From Escherichia phage vB_EcoM-G157lw: a stretch of DNA of 64,000 nucleotides. The DNA is taken from the sequence record OK331996.1. One strand, written 5' to 3'. A program made the position numbers and the translations under genes. The notes below the pieces were generated by a model, which searched no databases, was not told the origin of the DNA, and was given only the letters and a program-made list of their open reading frames with translations. Of the stretch, positions 50,261 through 60,282 are shown piece after piece. Position 1 is the stretch's first letter. Each line of letters begins with the position of its first letter.

Positions 50261-52957
50261 ATGAAAGAATTTTATATCTCTATCGAAACAGTCGGAAATA
50301 ACATTGTTGAACGTTATATTGATGAAAACGGAAAGGAACGTACTCGTGAAGTAGAATATCTTCCAACTATGTTTAGGCATTGTAAGGAAGAGTCAAAGTA
50401 CAAAGACATCTATGGTAAAAACTGCGCTCCTCAAAAATTTCCATCAATGAAAGATGCTCGAGATTGGATGAAACGAATGGAAGACATCGGTCTCGAAGCT
50501 CTCGGTATGAACGATTTTAAACTCGCTTATATCAGTGATACATACGGTTCAGAAATTGTTTATGACCGAAAATTTGTTCGTGTAGCTAACTGTGACATTG
50601 AGGTTACTGGTGATAAATTTCCTGACCCAATGAAAGCAGAATATGAAATTGATGCTATCACTCATTACGATTCAATTGATGATCGTTTTTATGTTTTCGA
50701 CCTTTTGAATTCAATGTATGGTTCAGTATCAAAATGGGATGCAAAGTTAGCTGCTAAGCTTGACTGTGAAGGTGGTGATGAAGTTCCTCAAGAAATTCTT
50801 GACCGAGTAATTTATATGCCATTCGATAATGAGCGTGATATGCTCATGGAATATATCAATCTCTGGGAACAGAAACGACCTGCCATTTTTACTGGTTGGA
50901 ATATTGAGGGATTTGACGTTCCGTATATCATGAATCGCGTTAAAATGGTTCTCGGTGAACGTAGTATGAAACGCTTCTCTCCAATCGGTCGAGTAAAATC
51001 TAAACTTATCCAAAATATGTACGGTAGCAAAGAAATTTATTCTATTGATGGCGTATCTATTCTTGATTATTTAGATTTGTATAAGAAATTCGCATTTACT
51101 AATTTGCCGTCATTCTCTTTGGAATCAGTTGCTCAGCATGAAACCAAAAAAGGTAAATTACCATACGACGGTCCTATTAATAAACTTCGTGAGACTAATC
51201 ATCAACGATACATTAGTTATAACATCATTGACGTAGAATCAGTTCAAGCAATTGATAAAATTCGCGGGTTTATCGATCTAGTTTTAAGTATGTCTTATTA
51301 CGCTAAAATGCCTTTTTCTGGTGTAATGAGTCCTATTAAAACTTGGGATGCTATTATTTTTAACTCATTGAAAGGTGAACATAAGGTTATTCCTCAACAA
51401 GGTTCGCACGTTAAACAAAGTTTTCCGGGTGCATTTGTATTTGAACCTAAACCAATTGCTCGTCGATATATTATGAGTTTTGACTTGACGTCTCTATATC
51501 CTAGCATTATTCGTCAGGTTAACATTAGTCCTGAGACTATTCGTGGACAATTTAAAGTTCATCCAATTCATGAATATATCGCAGGAACAGCTCCTAAACC
51601 GAGTGATGAATATTCTTGTTCTCCGAATGGATGGATGTATGATAAGCATCAAGAAGGTATCATTCCAAAGGAAATCGCTAAAGTATTTTTCCAGCGTAAA
51701 GACTGGAAAAAGAAAATGTTCGCTGAAGAAATGAATGCCGAAGCTATTAAAAAGATTATTATGAAAGGCGCAGGGTCTTGTTCAACTAAACCGGAAGTTG
51801 AACGATATGTTAAGTTCAGTGATGATTTCTTAAATGAACTATCGAATTATACTGAATCTGTTCTCAATAGTTTGATTGAAGAATGTGAAAAAGCGGCTAC
51901 ACTTGCTAATACAAATCAGCTGAACCGTAAAATTCTTATTAACAGCCTTTACGGTGCTCTTGGTAATATTCATTTCCGTTACTATGATTTGCGAAATGCT
52001 ACTGCTATCACAATTTTTGGTCAAGTTGGTATTCAGTGGATTGCTCGTAAAATTAATGAGTATCTGAATAAAGTGTGCGGAACTAATGGTGAAGATTTCA
52101 TCGCAGCAGGTGATACTGATTCGGTATATGTTTGTGTAGATAAAGTTATTGAAAAAGTTGGTCTTGACCGATTCAAAGAGCAGAACGATTTAGTTGAATT
52201 CATGAATCAGTTCGGTAAGAAAAAGATGGAACCTATGATTGATGTTGCATATCGTGAGTTATGTGATTATATGAATAACCGCGAGCATCTGATGCATATG
52301 GACCGTGAAGCTATTTCTTGCCCTCCACTTGGTTCAAAGGGCGTTGGTGGATTTTGGAAAGCGAAAAAGCGTTATGCTCTGAACGTTTATGATATGGAAG
52401 ATAAGCGATTTGCTGAACCGCATCTAAAAATCATGGGTATGGAAACTCAGCAAAGTTCAACGCCTAAAGCGGTTCAAGAAGCTCTTGAAGAAAGTATTCG
52501 TCGTATTCTTCAAGAAGGCGAAGAGTCTGTTCAAGAATATTATAAGAACTTTGAGAAAGAATATCGTCAACTTGACTATAAAGTTATTGCTGAAGTAAAA
52601 ACTGCGAACGATATAGCGAAATATGATGATAAAGGTTGGCCAGGATTTAAATGTCCATTCCATATTCGTGGTGTGTTAACTTATCGTCGAGCTGTTAGTG
52701 GTCTGGGTGTAGCTCCAATTTTGGATGGAAATAAAGTAATGGTTCTTCCATTGCGTGAAGGAAACCCATTTGGTGACAAATGCATTGCTTGGCCGTCGGG
52801 CACAGAACTTCCAAAAGAAATTCGTTCTGACGTACTGTCTTGGATTGACTACTCAACTTTGTTCCAAAAATCGTTTGTTAAACCGCTTGCGGGTATGTGT
52901 GAATCGGCTGGTATGGACTATGAGGAAAAAGCTTCGTTAGACTTCCTGTTTGGCTGA
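50261..52957 (+). CDS. 43: DNA polymerase gp43 (family B, with 3-5 exonuclease), 898 aa
   Basis: Exo motifs (ANCDIEV), pol motifs (DLTSLYPSII, YGDTDS); matches T4 gp43. Confidence 0.97.
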   Translation: MKEFYISIETVGNNIVERYIDENGKERTREVEYLPTMFRHCKEESKYKDIYGKNCAPQKFPSMKDARDWMKRMEDIGLEALGMNDFKLAYISDTYGSEIVYDRKFVRVANCDIEVTGDKFPDPMKAEYEIDAITHYDSIDDRFYVFDLLNSMYGSVSKWDAKLAAKLDCEGGDEVPQEILDRVIYMPFDNERDMLMEYINLWEQKRPAIFTGWNIEGFDVPYIMNRVKMVLGERSMKRFSPIGRVKSKLIQNMYGSKEIYSIDGVSILDYLDLYKKFAFTNLPSFSLESVAQHETKKGKLPYDGPINKLRETNHQRYISYNIIDVESVQAIDKIRGFIDLVLSMSYYAKMPFSGVMSPIKTWDAIIFNSLKGEHKVIPQQGSHVKQSFPGAFVFEPKPIARRYIMSFDLTSLYPSIIRQVNISPETIRGQFKVHPIHEYIAGTAPKPSDEYSCSPNGWMYDKHQEGIIPKEIAKVFFQRKDWKKKMFAEEMNAEAIKKIIMKGAGSCSTKPEVERYVKFSDDFLNELSNYTESVLNSLIEECEKAATLANTNQLNRKILINSLYGALGNIHFRYYDLRNATAITIFGQVGIQWIARKINEYLNKVCGTNGEDFIAAGDTDSVYVCVDKVIEKVGLDRFKEQNDLVEFMNQFGKKKMEPMIDVAYRELCDYMNNREHLMHMDREAISCPPLGSKGVGGFWKAKKRYALNVYDMEDKRFAEPHLKIMGMETQQSSTPKAVQEALEESIRRILQEGEESVQEYYKNFEKEYRQLDYKVIAEVKTANDIAKYDDKGWPGFKCPFHIRGVLTYRRAVSGLGVAPILDGNKVMVLPLREGNPFGDKCIAWPSGTELPKEIRSDVLSWIDYSTLFQKSFVKPLAGMCESAGMDYEEKASLDFLFG

Positions 52958-52970
52958 TAGAATAAATCTA

Positions 52971-52991
52971 GGGACCTCCGGGTCCCTTTTT
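52971..52991 (+). terminator. intrinsic terminator
   Basis: gggacctccgggtccc followed by ttttt. Confidence 0.7.
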
Positions 52992-53044
52992 CATACAAGT
53001 AATATAAATCTATACTTATGAAAAACAGATGATTCTGGACATTT

Positions 53045-53140
53045 AGAATTCCCTAAAAAATTTTCACAAAACTGTTTACAAGACTGTTCCTCTGCGGTAC
53101 TATACAACTATCAACTACTGATACAGATTTGGAGAATAAA
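53045..53140 (+). repeat. promoter-leader module copy D
   Basis: gaattccctaaaaaattttcacaaaactGTTTACaagactgttcctctgcggtactatacaactatcaactactgatacag. Confidence 0.75.
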
Positions 53141-53377
53141 ATGAAAATTGTTATGGGATGCTTAGCAGTTTGTTTAGTTGCATTAGCAGCAGTTCCATTT
53201 GTTAGTGTTGAAAATGATACTCAACCTATGATTGAATCTAGCACCGTTATTCACACTAATGGTAAAATATCAGTTAAAATTGATGATAATCTTCATGTGA
53301 ATACAAATGGATCTTTAGGTGTACAAATAGGTAATACCTGCATAAGCACTACTGGAGTAATTACTACTTGCATTTGA
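53141..53377 (+). CDS. small secreted protein with signal peptide, 78 aa
   Basis: ATG after the leader GGAG; N-terminal hydrophobic signal. Confidence 0.55.
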   Translation: MKIVMGCLAVCLVALAAVPFVSVENDTQPMIESSTVIHTNGKISVKIDDNLHVNTNGSLGVQIGNTCISTTGVITTCI

Positions 53378-53387
53378 GGAAATTATT

Positions 53388-53768
53388 ATGAAAATCGCTA
53401 TTTTGGTTATTGCATTAGGTCTTACTGGTTGTGTAGCTCAAGGACCGGTAGTAAATCAGTCTGATGTAGGAAAAATTGTAAATTGTTCAAGTAAATTTTA
53501 TAATCCTAATGTCAAGTGTTATAAAGAAGCTCCAAAGCAAACAGTAGAACAAATGCAGGCGAATTTTGACGAAGCTATTCGTCCAGATGAATCTGCTCAA
53601 GCATATCGTAATTCGGATGTAATTACACGCGAAGAAAAAATTGAAAACTACTGCGCCGAGCTTTGGGCTAATTGGGCTAATAATTACCAATGGCGTACCG
53701 GTAAAAATGCTCCGATGGAGTATGTAGTGAATTCTTATAATTCATGCGTAAAAAATTTAACTAAGTGA
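53388..53768 (+). CDS. predicted lipoprotein, 126 aa
   Basis: Signal peptide MKIAILVIALGLTGC with lipobox L-T-G-C. Confidence 0.6.
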   Translation: MKIAILVIALGLTGCVAQGPVVNQSDVGKIVNCSSKFYNPNVKCYKEAPKQTVEQMQANFDEAIRPDESAQAYRNSDVITREEKIENYCAELWANWANNYQWRTGKNAPMEYVVNSYNSCVKNLTK

Positions 53769-53775
53769 GGAAAAC

Positions 53776-54027
53776 ATGGAAACTTTAGTAGCAGGTTCAA
53801 TTTTTATGGTTTTAGTTTCAGGTGTGTTGGCTATTATTATATACATGCTTCCATGGTTCATCGCCTTGATGCGTGGGTCAAAATCGACAGTAGGAATCTT
53901 TTTCACGTCTTTACTGTTTAACTGGTCAATTATTGGTTGGTTTATTACATTTATTTGGTCAATTGCGGGTGAAACTAAAAAGTCTGCACAGCCAAATCAG
54001 GTAATTATCATCAGAGAGAAGGAATGA
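53776..54027 (+). CDS. imm: immunity to superinfection membrane protein Imm, 83 aa
   Basis: Two-TM 83-aa protein between 43 and 42; recalled similarity to T4 Imm. Confidence 0.75.
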   Translation: METLVAGSIFMVLVSGVLAIIIYMLPWFIALMRGSKSTVGIFFTSLLFNWSIIGWFITFIWSIAGETKKSAQPNQVIIIREKE

Positions 54028-54180
54028 AAAGCAAAATTATAGCAGTGTTGCTTTTAATCTTGATGATTATAATAAGTATATACTATAGTGTAACGGTTCC
54101 TCTTATGATTCCAACTATTATTTTAGGTTGGAGCTTATTACTGTTACAAGTTAAATATGAATGTATCAATTGAGGTTTAA

Positions 54181-54921
54181 ATGATTAGTGACTCTATGAC
54201 AGTTGAAGAAATCCGTCTTCATTTGGGGCTTGCATTAAAAGAAAAAGATTTCGTAGTTGATAAAACTGGTGTTAAAACTATTGAAATTATTGGCGCATCA
54301 TTTGTAGCAGATGAACCGTTTATTTTTGGCGCTCTTAATGATGAATACATTCAGCGTGAACTTGAATGGTATAAATCTAAGAGCTTGTTCGTTAAAGATA
54401 TTCCAGGTGAAACACCGAAGATTTGGCAACAAGTAGCATCTTCTAAAGGCGAAATTAACTCGAATTATGGTTGGGCTATTTGGTCAGAAGATAACTATGC
54501 CCAGTATGATATGTGTTTAGCTGAACTTGGTCAAAATCCTGATTCTCGACGTGGTATCATGATTTATACTCGTCCATCCATGCAATTTGACTATAATAAA
54601 GATGGTATGTCAGATTTCATGTGTACTAATACAGTACAGTACCTGATTCGTGATAAGAAAGTAAATGCAGTAGTAAGCATGCGCTCAAATGACGTGGTCT
54701 TCGGATTCCGTAATGATTATGCATGGCAAAAATACGTATTAGATAAATTAGTATCTGATTTGAATGCCGGCGATTCAACTCGTCAGTATAAAGCAGGTTC
54801 TATTATATGGAATGTCGGAAGTCTTCATGTATATTCTCGTCATTTTTACTTGGTTGATCATTGGTGGAATACTGGCGAAACTCATATTGTGAAAAAAGAC
54901 TATAAAGGTGTGTGGAAATGA
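54181..54921 (+). CDS. 42: dCMP hydroxymethylase gp42, 246 aa
   Basis: Thymidylate-synthase-like fold; size and position match T4 gp42. Confidence 0.9.
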   Translation: MISDSMTVEEIRLHLGLALKEKDFVVDKTGVKTIEIIGASFVADEPFIFGALNDEYIQRELEWYKSKSLFVKDIPGETPKIWQQVASSKGEINSNYGWAIWSEDNYAQYDMCLAELGQNPDSRRGIMIYTRPSMQFDYNKDGMSDFMCTNTVQYLIRDKKVNAVVSMRSNDVVFGFRNDYAWQKYVLDKLVSDLNAGDSTRQYKAGSIIWNVGSLHVYSRHFYLVDHWWNTGETHIVKKDYKGVWK

Positions 54922-55760
54922 TTCAATTCGTAATTCCAAGTTATCAGCGTGTCGGGGCAGTTTCTGCCCTTGATATGTTTCCGACTGATTATGAACCGCA
55001 TATTGTAGTGCGTGAACATGAAGAAAAAGCTTATTATGATGCCTATGGGTCTAGAGCTAAAATTATAACTATTCCTGATGATGTAAACGGAATTGCCGGT
55101 ACTCGTAAAGCAATTACTGATATGTATGCAGGTCAACGAATCTGGATGATTGACGATGATACTACTATTCGTATGAGTTCAATGCGAAAAAGAGATGACC
55201 GTCGTTGTGTAGATAAAGTCAATCAATTAACCCGTGAACAGTTCTATGAATTGATTCAATACGTCGAAGATGCCATGGATTGCGGGTATTATCACGGTCA
55301 TGCTCGTCTACCTATTTTTAAAATTACTTCATCTTGGGGTAATTATCGTGAAAATTCATATGGATTCACGAATACATGGTATGACCTTGGAAAACTTACG
55401 ACAGAACAAATTGGGTATGGAAAAATTGATTTGTGCGAAGATATGTATGCATTTCTCAATTTAATTAATCAAGGTTATCCGCATTTGGCCTTGTTCAAAT
55501 ATCTGGTTGTATCTGGAAAAGCACAAGCTCCTGGCGGGTGTAGTTCAATTCGTAGTAATTCTAAACATAATAGAGCGCTTGAGCAAATCAATAGAGAGTT
55601 TCCAGAGCAAGCTCGTTGGAAAACTTCTAATATTGAAAAACGAAAATCGTTGGGTGAAGAAGACGAGCCATTAAAGGTTCTTCGCATGTGTGTTTCGCGT
55701 AAAGAAAAATCAGAAGCATTTCATAAGTTTAATGCTATTCATCCAATAGCAGTTGATTAA
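54918..55760 (+). CDS. GT-A-type glycosyltransferase at the beta-gt locus (not T4 beta-gt), 280 aa
   Basis: DxD-like RIWMIDDDTTI; no similarity to recalled T4 beta-gt; ATG overlaps gene 42 stop. Confidence 0.65.
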   Translation: MIQFVIPSYQRVGAVSALDMFPTDYEPHIVVREHEEKAYYDAYGSRAKIITIPDDVNGIAGTRKAITDMYAGQRIWMIDDDTTIRMSSMRKRDDRRCVDKVNQLTREQFYELIQYVEDAMDCGYYHGHARLPIFKITSSWGNYRENSYGFTNTWYDLGKLTTEQIGYGKIDLCEDMYAFLNLINQGYPHLALFKYLVVSGKAQAPGGCSSIRSNSKHNRALEQINREFPEQARWKTSNIEKRKSLGEEDEPLKVLRMCVSRKEKSEAFHKFNAIHPIAVD

Positions 55761-55837
55761 TGCCTAAATTTATTGTGTTATAATTACTCTATCTTTAACC
55801 AGTGAGGAAAATATAATGATGCCTATGGAAAAAATGA

Positions 55838-57019
55838 ATGTCTATTGCAGATTTAAAATCCCGTTTGATTAAAGCTTCCACTTCTAAAATGACTGCTGAA
55901 CTGACTACATCTAAATTCTTTAATGAAAAGGATGTAATTCGTACAAAAATCCCAATGCTTAATATTGCTATTTCTGGTGCGATTGATGGCGGTATGCAGT
56001 CTGGTTTAACTATTTTTGCAGGTCCTTCTAAACACTTTAAATCAAATATGTCTTTGACTATGGTTGCGGCATATTTGAACAAATATCCTGACGCGGTTTG
56101 TCTATTCTATGATAGTGAATTTGGTATTACTCCAGCTTATTTGCGATCCATGGGAGTTGACCCGGAACGAGTAATTCATACGCCGATTCAGTCAGTTGAA
56201 CAGCTGAAAATTGATATGGTGAACCAGCTTGAAGCTATTGAGCGCGGTGAAAAGGTTATTGTATTCATCGACTCAATCGGTAATATGGCTTCTAAGAAAG
56301 AAACGGAAGATGCCTTAAATGAAAAATCTGTGGCAGATATGACTCGTGCTAAATCACTGAAGTCATTATTCCGTATCGTTACTCCTTACTTTAGCATTAA
56401 AAATATTCCATGTGTTGCGGTTAACCATACAATTGAAACAATTGAAATGTTTAGTAAAACCGTGATGACAGGTGGTACAGGCGTAATGTATTCGGCTGAT
56501 ACAGTATTCATTATCGGTAAGCGTCAGATTAAAGATGGTTCTGATCTTCAGGGGTATCAATTTGTTCTAAATGTAGAAAAATCTCGTACCGTTAAAGAAA
56601 AAAGTAAATTCTTTATTGATGTTAAATTTGACGGTGGTATTGATCCTTATTCTGGATTGCTAGATATGGCTCTTGAATTAGGATTTGTAGTAAAACCTAA
56701 GAATGGTTGGTATGCTCGTGAATTTCTTGATGAAGAAACCGGTGAGATGATTCGCGAAGAAAAATCTTGGCGTGCAAAAGATACCAACTGCACTACATTC
56801 TGGGGTCCTTTATTTAAGCATCAACCATTCCGAGATGCTATTAAGCGTGCTTATCAGTTAGGTGCTATTGATAGTAATGAAATTGTTGAAGCTGAAGTTG
56901 ATGAATTGATTAACTCAAAAGTTGAAAAATTTAAATCTCCAGAAAGTAAAAGTAAATCAGCTGCTGATTTAGAAACTGACCTCGAGCAGTTAAGTGATAT
57001 GGAAGAATTTAATGAATAA
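55838..57019 (+). CDS. uvsX: recombinase UvsX (RecA-like), 393 aa
   Basis: Closely matches recalled T4 UvsX over its whole length. Confidence 0.95.
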   Translation: MSIADLKSRLIKASTSKMTAELTTSKFFNEKDVIRTKIPMLNIAISGAIDGGMQSGLTIFAGPSKHFKSNMSLTMVAAYLNKYPDAVCLFYDSEFGITPAYLRSMGVDPERVIHTPIQSVEQLKIDMVNQLEAIERGEKVIVFIDSIGNMASKKETEDALNEKSVADMTRAKSLKSLFRIVTPYFSIKNIPCVAVNHTIETIEMFSKTVMTGGTGVMYSADTVFIIGKRQIKDGSDLQGYQFVLNVEKSRTVKEKSKFFIDVKFDGGIDPYSGLLDMALELGFVVKPKNGWYAREFLDEETGEMIREEKSWRAKDTNCTTFWGPLFKHQPFRDAIKRAYQLGAIDSNEIVEAEVDELINSKVEKFKSPESKSKSAADLETDLEQLSDMEEFNE

Positions 57020-57356
57020 AGATGATTTAGATTTAGATCTAGAAATTATCGATGAATCCCCCTCTTCGGAGGGGGAAGAAGAAAGAAAAGAACGTCTTTT
57101 TAATGAGTCTCTTAAGATAATTAAATCTGCTATGGAAAATGTTATCCAGGAGATTGTCATTAAACTAGAAGATGGTTCTACACACATTGTGTATGTGACA
57201 AAATTAGATTGGGTTGATGGAAAAGTCGTAATGGACTTTGCTGTTCTTGACCAAGAAAGAAAAGCTGAGTTAGCTCCTCATGTAGAAAAATGTATTACAA
57301 TGCAACTACAAGATGCATTTAATAAAAGGTCAAAGAAAAAATTTAAATTCTTTTAA
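57012..57356 (+). CDS. 40: head vertex assembly chaperone gp40, 114 aa
   Basis: Position between uvsX and 41; start ATG 57012 overlapping the uvsX end. Confidence 0.7.
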   Translation: MNKDDLDLDLEIIDESPSSEGEEERKERLFNESLKIIKSAMENVIQEIVIKLEDGSTHIVYVTKLDWVDGKVVMDFAVLDQERKAELAPHVEKCITMQLQDAFNKRSKKKFKFF

Positions 57357-57365
57357 GGAGTAAGT

Positions 57366-58793
57366 GTGGTAGAAATTATTCTTTCTCATCTCATATTTGA
57401 TCAAGCTTATTTTTCAAAAGTTTGGCCATATATGGATTCAGAATATTTTGAAAGTGGTCCAGCTAAAAATACATTCAAATTAATTAAATCTCATGTCAAT
57501 GAGTATCATAGCGTTCCATCTATTAATGCGTTAAATGTTGCATTAGAAAATAGTTCATTTACTGAAACAGAATATTCTGGTGTAAAAACACTTATTTCAA
57601 AACTAGCTGATTCTCCAGAAGACCACAGTTGGTTAATAAAAGAAACAGAAAAATATGTTCAGCAAAGGGCGATGTTTAATGCTACGTCTAAAATAATCGA
57701 AATTCAAACTAATGCTGAGCTTCCTCCGGAAAAACGAAATAAGAAAATGCCAGATGTAGGTGCTATTCCTGACATCATGCGCCGAGCATTATCAATTTCA
57801 TTTGATAGCTACGTTGGTCATGATTGGATGGATGACTACGAAGCACGTTGGCTATCTTATATGAATAAAGCTCGTAAGGTTCCATTTAAACTCAGAATTC
57901 TGAACAAAATTACTAAAGGCGGAGCTGAGACTGGAACACTGAACGTTTTAATGGCTGGCGTTAACGTTGGTAAGTCATTAGGATTGTGTTCATTGGCAGC
58001 AGATTATTTGCAGCTCGGACATAATGTTCTTTACATCTCCATGGAAATGGCAGAAGAAGTCTGTGCTAAGCGTATTGATGCTAATATGCTTGATGTTTCT
58101 CTTGATGACATTGATGATGGGCATATTTCTTACGCTGAGTATAAAGGAAAAATGGAAAAATGGCGTGAGAAATCTACCCTTGGTCGTTTAATCGTTAAGC
58201 AATATCCTACTGGTGGAGCAGACGCTAACACATTCAGGTCTCTCTTGAATGAATTGAAGCTCAAAAAGAATTTTGTTCCAACAATCATTATTGTCGACTA
58301 TCTGGGTATTTGTAAATCTTGTCGCATCCGAGTTTATTCAGAAAATAGTTACACAACTGTTAAAGCTATCGCAGAGGAATTGCGTGCTCTGGCTGTTGAA
58401 ACCGAAACTGTTCTTTGGACTGCAGCACAGGTCGGTAAACAAGCTTGGGACTCTTCCGATGTTAACATGAGTGATATCGCAGAATCTGCTGGTCTTCCAG
58501 CAACAGCTGATTTTATGCTTGCGGTCATTGAAACCGAGGAGCTAGCAGCTGCTGAACAACAACTCATTAAGCAAATCAAATCACGATATGGCGATAAGAA
58601 TAAGTGGAATAAGTTTTTGATGGGTGTTCAAAAGGGAAATCAGAAATGGGTAGAAATTGAACAAGATTCTACTCCAACTGAAGTGAGTGAAGTAGCAGGT
58701 TCACAACAGATTCAGGCTGAACAGAATCGCTATCAAAGAAATGAATCCACTCGAGCTCAGTTAGATGCTTTGGCAAATGAATTAAAATTTTAG
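57366..58793 (+). CDS. 41: replicative DNA helicase gp41 (DnaB-like), 475 aa, GTG start
   Basis: Matches recalled T4 gp41 (VEIILSHLIFDQAYFSKVWPYMD...; Walker A GVNVGKS). Confidence 0.95.
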   Translation: MVEIILSHLIFDQAYFSKVWPYMDSEYFESGPAKNTFKLIKSHVNEYHSVPSINALNVALENSSFTETEYSGVKTLISKLADSPEDHSWLIKETEKYVQQRAMFNATSKIIEIQTNAELPPEKRNKKMPDVGAIPDIMRRALSISFDSYVGHDWMDDYEARWLSYMNKARKVPFKLRILNKITKGGAETGTLNVLMAGVNVGKSLGLCSLAADYLQLGHNVLYISMEMAEEVCAKRIDANMLDVSLDDIDDGHISYAEYKGKMEKWREKSTLGRLIVKQYPTGGADANTFRSLLNELKLKKNFVPTIIIVDYLGICKSCRIRVYSENSYTTVKAIAEELRALAVETETVLWTAAQVGKQAWDSSDVNMSDIAESAGLPATADFMLAVIETEELAAAEQQLIKQIKSRYGDKNKWNKFLMGVQKGNQKWVEIEQDSTPTEVSEVAGSQQIQAEQNRYQRNESTRAQLDALANELKF

Positions 58794-58830
58794 TTTACAA
58801 ACTGACAAGACTATGGTATAGTAGTCTTGT
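58785..58830 (+). promoter_or_regulatory. T4-type early promoter for dmd
   Basis: taGTTTACaaactgacaagactatggTATAGT. Confidence 0.55.
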
Positions 58831-58851
58831 TGGTTAAATGAGGAGATTGTT

Positions 58852-59034
58852 ATGGAATTGGTAAAGGTAGTTTTTATGGGGTGGTTTAAGAATGAAAGCA
58901 TGTTTACTAAAGAAATCACAATGATGAAAGATGACGTTCAATGGGCTACTACTCAATATGCTGAAGTTAATAAAGCATTAGTTAAAGCTTTCATTGATGA
59001 CAAGAAAGTGTGCGAAGTGGATTGCCGAGGATAA
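58852..59034 (+). CDS. dmd: Dmd (61.5) antitoxin against host RnlA/LsoA, 60 aa
   Basis: 60-aa ORF immediately downstream of gene 41; recalled sequence similarity. Confidence 0.7.
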   Translation: MELVKVVFMGWFKNESMFTKEITMMKDDVQWATTQYAEVNKALVKAFIDDKKVCEVDCRG

Positions 59035-59035
59035 T

Positions 59036-59293
59036 ATGCATATTGTTTTATTTAAACCTACTCCGTATAACGTCAGGAAAAATACTCAATTCAAAGCACT
59101 TATTGCGGATACGTGGGAATTGGTGTTAGATATTCCGGCAGAAGAAAGCCCTCCATTTGGTCGAGTGGAATTTATTAAGTTTGCTGTACGTCCTACGAAA
59201 CGGCAGATTCGTCAATGCAAAAGATACTTTCGTAAGATCGTTAAGCTAGAGAAACAGTTTGTAACATGTGATTATGCAGAAGTTTTAAAATAG
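59036..59293 (+). CDS. hypothetical protein (61.4 position), 85 aa
   Basis: ATG 2 nt after the dmd stop. Confidence 0.5.
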   Translation: MHIVLFKPTPYNVRKNTQFKALIADTWELVLDIPAEESPPFGRVEFIKFAVRPTKRQIRQCKRYFRKIVKLEKQFVTCDYAEVLK

Positions 59294-59332
59294 CTGTTTA
59301 CTTTTGTTGGAAATTGAGATACTATATAAACA
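59288..59332 (+). promoter_or_regulatory. T4-type early promoter for sp
   Basis: gctGTTTACttttgttggaaattgagatactat. Confidence 0.5.
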
Positions 59333-59353
59333 TAAACTACTGAGGAGATTATC

Positions 59354-59647
59354 ATGAAAAAATTTATTTTTGCTACAATTTTTACTTTGGCTTCTTGTGC
59401 TGCTCAGCCTGCTATGGCAGGATATGATAAAGACTTGTGTGAATGGTCTATGACTGCAGATCAGACTGAAGTTGAAACTCAAATTGAAGCGGATATTATG
59501 AATATTGTTGAGCGCGATCGTCCTAAAATGAAAGCTGAAGTGCAAAAACAACTTAAGTCTGGTGGTGTAATGCAGTATAATTATGTTCTGTATTGCGATA
59601 AAAACTTTAATAACAAAAATATCGTAACCGAAATCACAGGTGAATAA
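59354..59647 (+). CDS. sp: Spackle (61.3) periplasmic superinfection-exclusion protein, 97 aa
   Basis: Signal peptide MKKFIFATIFTLASCAAQPAMA; size and position match T4 sp. Confidence 0.7.
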   Translation: MKKFIFATIFTLASCAAQPAMAGYDKDLCEWSMTADQTEVETQIEADIMNIVERDRPKMKAEVQKQLKSGGVMQYNYVLYCDKNFNNKNIVTEITGE

Positions 59648-59648
59648 T

Positions 59649-60281
59649 ATGATTTATTATATGCACAAAAATCCACCGTTTAAATACGGTAAATTTCCTG
59701 ATGCACAATGTTATAATATAACGCCTGATGAAAATAACCGTGGATATCTTATTGACACAATTTTTGTAATTGTTAAAGATAACGAAATCGTTGCCTGGGC
59801 AGATTTTAAAGGTACAACACATGATGTTAATCCGGTGCCTTTCACATATTACAATATAATGGATTTGGCATATGATTATAATTGGTTTAATCATGACGCG
59901 TTGGCTCATATTGAAGGTGTAGGATTTGACATCTCTTATTCTAGCTACTCATTGTGTCCTATGAGTCGGGCTCATAAAGAACCTGAATATTTTTCATTTA
60001 GGAAACGTGTAAACTTTAAACGCAACACAGAGTATGTCGGTGGAATATTTGTTAAAGATAATCGAATTACTCGCATTATTTATCCTTTGGGCTGTGGTCA
60101 AAAAGATATTGATGTTGATTTAGACTTTACTGAAAACATCATTAATCATATTGCTTCTGTGTATTTTGATATTGATCACAAAATTGTAATATGTGGATAT
60201 GAATTACCATCAGAAAAACAGTCTAAAGTAAATGTTTCTATTGATGACCAAATTTTTAATGCTTTTATGAATAGAGGTTAA
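59649..60281 (+). CDS. hypothetical protein (61.2 position), 210 aa
   Basis: ATG 2 nt after the sp stop. Confidence 0.6.
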   Translation: MIYYMHKNPPFKYGKFPDAQCYNITPDENNRGYLIDTIFVIVKDNEIVAWADFKGTTHDVNPVPFTYYNIMDLAYDYNWFNHDALAHIEGVGFDISYSSYSLCPMSRAHKEPEYFSFRKRVNFKRNTEYVGGIFVKDNRITRIIYPLGCGQKDIDVDLDFTENIINHIASVYFDIDHKIVICGYELPSEKQSKVNVSIDDQIFNAFMNRG

Positions 60282-60282
60282 T

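Noticed and set aside
58852-59034. dmd as part of a phage-borne toxin-antitoxin pair
   Set aside because: Dmd is an antitoxin against host toxins (RnlA/LsoA); no adjacent toxin gene is present.
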